From Coniocarpon cinnabarinum (Eukaryota): a DNA stretch of 45,331 nucleotides. Every line of letters begins with the position of its first letter. Position 1 is the stretch's first letter. The DNA is taken from positions 1 through 45,331 of the forward strand of contig JAVECO010000180.1 in assembly GCA_051942205.1 (NCBI GenBank), in the 5' to 3' direction. The notes beneath the pieces were generated by a model. That model was not told the origin of the DNA, did no database searches, and saw nothing but the letters and a program-made list of their open reading frames with translations. This document shows positions 8,303-18,035 of this stretch, piece after piece. The position numbers and the translations under genes are program-made.

Positions 8303-11300
8303 ATGGACATGGACACAACAGGCTGGAGGATCACATCACGACCGGCCACAAGCAATAGCCTGCCGTCTGACATCTCCGCAGCGACTGCGCCCACCTCAAA
8401 GAGAGCGACTCATGTGCTGGATCTACTTCATACTCTTCGCGAAGCAGACAAGCAAACGAAACTCCACATCCCCTCGATCTATAAGCAGACTGACGCGGTC
8501 GACACAGCTGAGCCTATAGGCCATGGTGCGTCTTTCCTCGTTAGCCGACGCATATTACCGGACGCGCCGGCAAGACTGAAGAATCGAGTCGTTCAGCTTC
8601 GAGAAGGCATAACCGTTGAACAGACGCGGCCAGCGCCACGACAACCAAAGATCATTGTTTACAAGACTGCCAACATTAGGTTCGGAAATGACGGTAGCGT
8701 GCATCCAGAAGACTATCGCGCTGCGGAAAGCGTGCTAACAGAGTTTCATTTTCTGACGCACGGGCCTCTATTCCACAGCGGCAATATTGTCGACTACTTG
8801 GGACTCGCGTGGGGAACTAACCCTTACAATCCATGTCAAAAGCTTCCAGTACTGATCGTAGAGCACGCCGACCACGGCTCCCTTGCCGACGTGCTCAAGG
8901 GCACTGTCCTGGACGGTGTAGAGAAGAAGGCGATATGCTTGGATGTCGCCCGAGGTCTTCAAGCAATTCATAAGGCCCAACTTGCCCATGGAGATGTCAA
9001 AGCGGACAATGTTCTGATATTCCCCCATACGAATTGGCGTTTTATAGCAAAGCTTGCAGATTTTGGCTTTGCTCATGTTGCGCAGGCCAGGAATGATCTT
9101 GTGGGCCTTGGAGGTACCAGACCATGGAAGGCGCCTGAAACATCGAGTTTGATACCTGCTGCTATGGTCCACAAGACAGACATCTATTCATATGGCCTGC
9201 TAACCTGGGTCATCGCTATCGATGGAGCCAATCCATTTAGTTTACTATTATACCCAGACGATGAGTGGGACGATATCCGAGGCCAATCAGTGGAGCAGAT
9301 GAAAACAGAGGAGGAACTTGAGAGAGCTTTGATGGACCCTCGTTGGCTTGTAGTATACCTACTCCAATCGCAGATGGGCTTGATTAAACTAAACATCGAT
9401 GCACGTCTGAACAAAGCACGATGCACCGAGTTTCTGAAGTCCATGATCCCGAGAGCTGCAACCATGCAACAGATTCAAGAGCATCTCAAACCTTTTCAAG
9501 ACCTCTTAGAGACTTACACGACTGAGGTCGCCGGGGGAAGCGACGAGGGTTCCACTGTCGTCGCTGAAGCAATGTCCCTACTCACCAACTTGCTTCTAAG
9601 TCCGGAAAGCCAGGCTTTGTATCCATGCCTTCCGCGAATATGGGAATCATCTCTATCTGTGAATGTGGAAAAGCGTAACCTTTCCAGGGTGCTTAGTATT
9701 CTCAATAGCTTTCCAGGCACAGAAGTTGTGGCGATGACGCAGCTGGACAGCGCTGGTGCTGAGCCAGCTGCTGCAGCAACTGACACAGCCAGCACTCAGC
9801 ACCAAGTTTTCGAACCAACAAATCCGCAGCTTCAAGCTTCTGAAACTTCCAGTCCACCATTAGACCCTCTGAATGAAGACCTGGGATCTGACAAGAAGTT
9901 TGAGGAGGTAATGGCCAGCAAACCGAAGATCGCGTGTGTTTAAAACTAATGTTGTGAGAGCAGGACACTCCCACCGTCACCGTACCCGACCGCAGGGACC
10001 CAAACCCACCCCTTTCGAAGGGGAAACTGTATGAAACTGGTGACGGCGGTCGGATAGAGAACACACCGGAGGGCAAAGTTGGTGCACAGGACAGTGGAAA
10101 GCCAGCTTCAGGATGGCGTAATCAAACGCCTGACCCTGTAGTGCTAGCGTAAGAGACACTATTTCGAGGCTGATCACACCTATATGTTGCTGATGTCCTT
10201 CCGAACAGCTCGCAGACTGAATTGGCAAGGAGAGCTCAAGAGCAGCGGGAAACTTTTGGGGTGCGTGCCCGCCACAGCATCCGCAGTATGCATCGATGCT
10301 AATTTACACTCCAGTCTCGACACACCTCTTGGCAGCATATTCGCACCTTTGCTCCTTCTGTGCAACATTTCGTACTAGAACATTTCTCAAGAGAAAGACC
10401 AAGCGATGTCTTCTCTCTGGCAAGCCTCCACATAAATGGCTATGGTATTCGGAAGAACCTCGAAGAGGGATGTCGAATAATCAGGGAGGCATCGACTGGG
10501 GCGCAACTCGCCAGGGCTAACGGTTACCGTCTGCATAAAGCCTGTGGAGTAGAACTTCCGGATGATTATCCCTGGGAAGACTATCTTGCCGAACAAGCAC
10601 TGCGTGGGTCAAGAAGTGCTTCTAAGGACCTGAAAGCAGTTAATGAGTCCAGATGGAGCAAGCTTAATTACACTGTGATGGCGCTGCCAGCCTATTATGC
10701 TGATGAAGTCTTGCTGGATTCGTTGAAAGTCAATGACTGGTATAACGTAGATTTCATCATCAAAAAGGCACAGAACGCTCCGGATCCAGAGGCTGTGGTC
10801 GTCAACAGGAGGGGAGATGGTCTGCTACAAGTCGCTGCAAGTCTTGGCTTGTGGAAGCCGCTTCGGATCCTGATCGAGGAGCACGGTGTAAGTGTCAATC
10901 ACCAGACTCGAGAAGGCGAGACCGCAATTCTTTGCGCAGTACGGGGCGGATATGGTGCCTGCTGCAAGGTTCTTCTTGACAGTTATCATGCGGATGCATC
11001 GCTCGCCTCGATCCACGGCGAGACACCCATGCATTGGCTAGTCAACTTTCCCGATGAAGCGTTTCCCCCTCTTGCTAGCGATCTCCTAAAATATGGCGCG
11101 GACATCAACGCGATAAATCAGAAGCGAGTCAATCACACTAGATTTACTTCTGGTATCGATGTCGACATTCAAATGCCTGGCACACCGCTGGCATGGGCTG
11201 TTCATCACAATCGACCTTCCATTGTTCAGTGGTTGCTTGACAACGACGCTGATCCCTACCTGCACGCTACAGTCTCTGGCAATTCGCCATGGGGCTGGGC

Positions 11301-12627
11301 TGCGTATTTCCACCATCACGAGTGTCTTAAGGTCCTCATTGAATGGAGAGAAAAGGAACACTCGAATAGTACGAATGAGCATCACAACGATCCACGGTGG
11401 GCAGTGTACTATTCACCGTTAGTTCTGAGTGCCATACGCTCGGCCGATCGTTTTTCCATGATCCTTCGCAACGGGGAGAGCTACCTCGATAGGTTGCACA
11501 AAACGCTAGACTTACTTCGTGCAAAAACTACCGATATCAATCTCGACGTTTTCGATATCTCACCACTGCTATACGCTGTTCAGGGCGCCCACGATGAAGT
11601 TGTCGAGTATATCCTATCGACCGACTGGCGGATCGCTGGTCTCTTGGAGGAACACGCGCCAGACGGCAGGCTCCTTCCTGAAGGCATCAACAGCCCCTGC
11701 GACCCAGACAAGATAACACCCGTTCTTCAATCGGTGCGCATGAACAGGGGCGAAATCTTCCATAAGCTTATCGACCGTGGTGGGGATATGCGCTTGAAGG
11801 CGCTAAACCCGTATGACGACGCCAGACACGATTTTTCAGCATTACATTTGTTCGCATACGAAGGGCACGAAGATCTAGCGCTGATTGAATCAATTATCGC
11901 ACTCGGGGTGCCCGTCGATGGCACGCCACTCAAGGGCACAGACTCAGCCGTCTATCAATCTGAAACGCCTCTCAGCATTGCCCTGCGCCGTTCAGCACTC
12001 AGTCAAGCCAAGTGCTTGATCTCGCACGGTGCTGATTTGAACGCGCTCTCCTACTCAGCAGCGCTTACGACAGCACTCCACCCTCTCACCATACTTGGTC
12101 ACGCCGTTGCAGGAAACATGCGCTTCTCTACACCACGAATCACTCAACTTCTGCAATCATTCCCAGCCAAGCCTGCATTTATCGTTGAGCCTCAGCGTCT
12201 GCTGACCATTCTGCATCGCTGCGCCATGGCGCATCGAGATCTCTTCGAGACTGGATCTGGCGATCAATCGACGAGAACGAAGTGGGACTTCACCACGGCG
12301 ACAGCAATCATGCAGGAGCTCTTGAAGGTCTTCAAGCAGCAAGAAGAGCTGGACGCGCAATGCGACATTGACGACAAGACGGCACTGCACCTTTCGGTCG
12401 AGGTGGGAAACCCTGACATGGTGGAGCTGCTTGTAGAGGCAGGCGCAAGTTGCCGCATAAGAGACAAGAATGGCTCCATAGCGGCGGATCTAGTAAGAAC
12501 ATCTGAGGGGTCTACAGACGAGAGAAAACGGATAGAGATGGCTTTGATAGCGACTACATCAACGACACTGGCAGGCGATATGGAAGGCCTTGCCGTAGCG
12601 GACAAAGTTTCATCAGAGTACTCCTAG
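8303..12627 (+). CDS. Ser/Thr protein kinase (non-RD) + Sel1-like repeat + multiple ankyrin repeats, ~1385 aa, 4 exons
   Basis: Joins ORF-track 8069..9943 and 10360..12627 through three phase-consistent GT..AG introns. Exons: 8303-9907, 9961 (or 9964)-10148, 10209-10260, 10315-12627. Kinase motifs are intact: IGHGASFLV, IVYK, alphaC Glu, HGDVKADN, ADFG, GTRPWKAPE, DIYSYG. Sel1-like segment FSLASLHINGYGIRKNLEEGCRIIREA. Ankyrin motifs include GETAILCAVRGG, GETPMHW, GTPLAWAV, ETPLSIAL and KTALHLSV. Confidence 0.88.
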
Positions 12628-13900
12628 CGATGCGCAAGAATGAGATGAACTGTGCCTGATCCTACAAAGACGCTGGAAATTTCCTGCAAGGGCCTCGTAG
12701 GATAGTACTTGCCGCACTATAATTTGACGTCTCATCACTAACAGAGGCCAATGGCCGCTACAATCGTGGCTTTAGAACCTGGGTTGTACTGTTCATATAG
12801 GCTCGTCGCCCAGACTAAGATCCGGCAATGACTTTTGTCCCTGACCTTTGCTGCGTACTGACGAAGGTGCTGAGCGTCGCGACTGTGTCACGTGCCGAGC
12901 AGTCGGAATAGGAATAGCCTCGATTTCGACGAAAATCTGTTACGAGAGTCCTCTCAGCCTATCATCCAGTCATTCTTCCTTGAGATATTCTCATATGCTC
13001 TGCTCGCAACCTGTAGCCCATGAAATACACGCTAGGTGATTAACTTGTGTATCTGCGCGAAACGACTATTAGCCCGTCACGCGGCGTCGCAGTCTTTCAT
13101 GCGAAGGAAATGCTCCACGTGAGAGACGAATCACAAGCGGGACAGCTCCCGATAAACTCCATGACAGACGACCGTGCAACAAGACGATCGACTTGATTCA
13201 TTCGCTGCTCTGTAAATGGTTGTAAGTGCTTGACAGGTGCTCAGCCTCGGTAACTAGGTCTTCGTCAGATGTTACACTTCGACGTGATTTGATTGGACCT
13301 GCTCCACATGCTAAGAATTTGGAGAAAGCAGAGCTTGCTCGCCTCTGTGAAGTTCATTCGAGCAATATTCTCAATTTTGCGCCATGTGTATCCATCATAA
13401 ATCTGCTATAGCTTTCACACTTATCAGCCTCCTGAAGTCACTGGGTACAGAGATTTTGATGCTCTTGGCGCACTGTTTCAGGTGCAACGCTGGGACTCTC
13501 ACCGAGCCCTTTGTTCAGGGCGCCACTGTGATCATCAGCAAGTCCGAAGAGGTACAAATGATCATCTGACATTCAACCACTGAAGGACTTCGGTGCATAT
13601 GCGATGAGGCACTTGTGGATCTGAGCACAGCTACTTTGGACCGATCGATCTGTGTTCTTATCTGCCAAACTTGCAAAATCGTATGAGGGGAAAAAGGGGT
13701 TATCTCATTTCATGAAACAAGTCTCGTCATTCAAAAATCCTATAGCTGCTGAGCTGCCAAAAGAAAACTTGCTCCAACTTCTTTGTCACCCATGGCTACA
13801 GCTAAGCTGTCAGCAGACTTGTGCTAACCCGTTAACAAATCAATACTATGACTCACACCCTATCCTTGCCACGGCGTCGTACCAATGTTTCCCACCTTCA

Positions 13901-14204
13901 TCAACATTGAGTGCCACACTGCGGGCAGTTCTTTCCAGGAATGACCCATGTCTCTTTTCCTTTCTTCAGACAGGTGGGACATTTGACACCGGGCACCTGT
14001 TGTCATCCACTGATTAGTCTCATGTATCGAGAGTGAGCTTTGAGAGTCCACTGGTGCACTCACAGGGAGATGACCGTGCGGAGAGATCCTGATGTCTTCG
14101 CGGAAGACGTTGAAATGCTCTTCGGATGGCATGCTCGTCACTGAGCCGTCTTGAAGGATGATTGCGTCTTGGATGTCTTGAGGAATCAGGCAAGGAGGCG
14201 CCAT
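13901..14204 (-). CDS. Small (78 aa) two-exon protein with a C-terminal CxxC-x14-CxxC zinc ribbon
   Basis: Exon 1 is 14204-14064 (MAPPCLIPQD...SPHGHLP). The intron 14063-13997 reads GTGAGT...ACTAAT...AACAG. Exon 2 is 13996-13901 (VPGVKCPTCLKKGKETWVIPGKNCPQCGTQC-TGA). The splice is phase 0, and a TATAAA lies ~155 bp upstream on the minus strand. Confidence 0.8.
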
Positions 14205-17200
14205 GGTCAAGGAGCTTAGAGGGCTTAGAGAGTTCAAGAGTCGAATTGAGGCAAGTTTTTAGCGCGGACGGATCTCTCTTCAGTCGAATAGTTTTGGAGG
14301 TTTGCTCAGAGCGCAGGTTGATGAGCGCTTTTCATTAGACGGGGTCGCGAGGAAGCTACCTTTATATCTTGTTGGATCGTTCGGAACTTCATTTCAGTGG
14401 CGAAAATTGCACAATGATCGTTGTCATGCATGCTCGAGGCTGCAAATCTTAATAGCCCCATCGGACGCCTTCGCCGGAAGAGCAGACCACTTAATCTCTG
14501 GCTGTCGAAGATATCCACAAAGTCTTCTGTTGTACTGCAAGATTCCGTCCCATTACGAGCGCAGGACGCAGCGCGTTCCATCTCTTCGGAAGCTTTCCAT
14601 TTCTTCGAGGCGTCCATAACCAAACACCGCTCCTTTTGCGGTACGAGAACGACTGGGACTCGATGCCGATTAAGCGCTCCTCCAGGGTTCTTGAGCATTC
14701 TTGTGTTACTGCGGTTCATGAAGCGTCTGAATGCTACCAAAAGGTGTGGAATTCCTGGCAGCCAGCTACTTTGACATTGGTGTCGTACAGGCCCCAGTGA
14801 GCAACACGTTCAAAATTCCATAAAAGTGCACATTCACAAGTCAGGTGCACGCCATCTCGGGAGACAGCAGCCAAGTGTTGATGATCCATTGGGTTTGAAT
14901 AGATGGTAACGAAGGGCAGGACGAGCCAGCTCGAGTTTAAGCTCATGAATCTTCGTACTGCACGCCCCGCACGAGCCTGCATCCTTGCGTGAAGGCCCCG
15001 ACGTCCATCCTATCCGGTTCGTTTCCGCTTTGATTTGTCGTAATGAGCTGCAGATGCAGCTCTAGTGACTCCGATCCATGCCCGGAGCATTTTTGGTTGG
15101 CTGCATACCCACGCATTAGCGCCAGTCAGCGTTGCCATTGACCAAGCTACGTCAGAGCATTTCCTCACTTTTAAAGTTTGTCAATCCAAGATCCCTTCTT
15201 TTCGCGCCGCGACGTCCGCGCGCCTGAGCACTGACGGATGCTTGCTACGAGACATTGACGCGCGGGTGGCGACGCGTTCACCCGTCGCGTTAATCCCCAT
15301 CACCCGCCCGACTTCACCGCTCATTTCGAATCATCGTCTCTTGCTTCGTCCCGAGCATTCACGCCCATCAGAGATCGTAGAGCCAACTGTCTCGAGTGGC
15401 TCAAAGGCTTCAATAGCGATCAGCACCTTCGGAATCCGCGAGACGCCTAGACCCAGAGGTGAACGTGGAGGCTAAACAGAGCGAGCTCGAACAACATCTG
15501 CCACTGATCTCATACGACTGTGGAGCGATGAGAGGCTTCAGTCGAGCCCACGCCGCGCCTTCCTAGTTCCAGCGTTGGCGTTCTGACGAGATGTGGCTCG
15601 ATCCGAGTACATTTGAGACAAGGTCCAGCAAGTGCTCGTGACATCTATGAAAGCATCCACATGACCACGTTCAGAGACTACAGTCCTACGCATCACGACG
15701 ACATGGCTTGTCTGTACATTTTCAGTGTGCACACGCATGCCTGGCACTAGGATTTTGCAAACATTGTTCGCTGGTTACAACAAGCGACTAGAACGAAGGC
15801 TATGTACCTGTCGACCAAGGCGTTTTGGAGGTGGGGCTGTTGAGATAGTTGTCGTGTCTCCATGTGGGCGCCCGCGGACTTTCGACGGAGCAGACCCTTC
15901 AGCGCGTTAGGAGCAAGGACGCTTGTTCGGCTGCTTGACCACCGCATCGCAATCACGTCAGTGCCTTGTGCCACTGCGCATGCATGCAATTCCGCTTGCT
16001 ATCGTGCTTGGCCCCATCGATTCGCACTTGACAAACGAAACGTTGAGCACTACCACGCTACTTACCAACAGCCGGAGGATGCTTGCACATCTGCTGTGGC
16101 ACCCCCGCGCTTTGACATCCCACGTGCAAAGCGATGCAACTTAGTGTTATGAATTTTGGTTTGAGACCGCCTGCTTGTGCCAGCCGAAGCTTTACAGGCC
16201 GCCTCCAGCTCAGTCATAAGCTCGTGCGCATCCTGTCGCATCGCCGGGTCAGGGTCCTACAATACGACGTGCACAAGATACCGCGGTCACAAGACACTCG
16301 GCCAAGCTTCATCGATGCGGACACGCAGATATCAGGTACACATGCAGCGTCGTGAAAGATCGACTGCCTCCTCTTTGAGGCGCTGAATCAATGGAATGAA
16401 GCCATCCAATCCCGTAGGCAGAGTCACACAAGAAGGCCGAGTACCCTCAGATTTGTCATTTTTTGAGGCATCAGCAGTGCGTGACACAAACAGGCCGACT
16501 GTTCAACACACACAGCGCTCTCTGGTCATCGGGACGAGCCTGGCTCGGTGAAGGTCTTCTTCCGCTTCACAATCCTGGTTCCGTGGGCGCCATCCTCATC
16601 CACTCGGGAATAGAGAGCGGAACCGTTATCGGGTTCACCGCGCTCGGGCGAGGAAGCTTCATACTCTTTGCAAAGGCATGGTACTGAGAGGGTTCGATGA
16701 TACTCGACTAGACGGTGCTCGTGCTTGCAGTTCTGGCATGGGTCGACGCAGGAGGACAAAGATAAGCGAAATGCAATTGCGACTTTTCTGAACGCGAAAA
16801 CCAATGTCTGCAAGTATTATTGGAGCGAGCACCGATCCCTGTCCTTGGGACTGGCTGCGTGCCTTTGGCCAAGACCAAAGCTGACCGCAGCAATCGCATT
16901 GGATGCTTAGCATCGCCCTTGATGAGGCTACTCGAGCCTGCGATTATGCCGCCCTGCCGTTGAGCAGCCCCGTGCCCCTGTTGGCTTCAGGAAAATATTA
17001 GCCCAACGAGACCAAAAGCTCCGAGCCTCAGGCGACTGCACCACCTGTTTTCGTTGGCCACACTTTGTGGCGCCACTTGGAGCAGGCACTGAACTTTCGC
17101 CATCGCATTATGGGGGACAGAGACTGGTTGGAAGATTCGACGTGCATGCGAAACGCTCGACACTTGTGGCACGGTTCACTCGTGAGACGACCGTGGGATA

Positions 17201-18035
17201 CCTTAGGGACCTCACCAGCTCACTCTGCGCAGATCACCCTAGTCACGTGCAAGGCCCGGACCTCCATGTCAAAGGGCGCTAGTTGCCTTATCGTCAAGAT
17301 GAAACAACCGCCACCCGCCTGCTGCGCAAGGCTCCGCGTTTCTCCTGAACTCAACACCAACCTCACCTGCTTCCTGCACGCCTGCTGGTCTGTCTGCGCG
17401 CGCTCCCGGTCCCTTTTGCCCGTCGCAGATCTCTCTTCGCGTACGAGCCGTCCCAGAAGATTAAGAACAACCTTTGTTCGGCTCTATCCCTATACCTCGA
17501 ATAGGCCTGCTAAGCCCACGCCAATGCAATCTTGCCGTCAATGCCGTGTTGACGTTACCAAGTCCAGCTGTGGCGTCCCTCACTCGTCTCCGTTCGGTCG
17601 TCTCGATGGGATGTCAAGTAGGACGCCCCTGGCCCTGATGTAGCATTACTCCACGCAGGCGGTCCGTGATGTAGCTCGACGCATCACCGTTGCAGAGTGC
17701 GGTTCGTAAAAAGCTTGTTGTAGGACCATTGAGTGCGAAGGCAATGAGTTCCACAGCTTTCATCCCTCAACCCTCAAGACCTGAAAAGGCGAGTCCGGTC
17801 CGCCCTTGGATCAGAGGATTGCGGTCTCTGCTCCTCAGCTTAGGCGTGTCTTTCTAGATGCCATAGTCATCCATTCTTCCAAGTTTTTGCAGAAACGCAT
17901 ACATTCGTTTAGTACATGCCCTTTTTCGCAAGAATTGCACCATTCATTTGAAACAGCTATTCCATTGTCCAACGGATTCTGCACGTTCTTTACAATTAAT
18001 CAGACATCAAGTGCTTCACACAAGCCTCTTCCAAG

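Noticed and set aside
9961..10330. Amyloid signalling motif (RHIM/PP/HET-s PFD) in the kinase-ankyrin linker or the HeLo protein
   Set aside because: No G-x-Q-x-G or N/Q/G pseudo-repeat pattern is visible; the linker is Pro/charge-rich.
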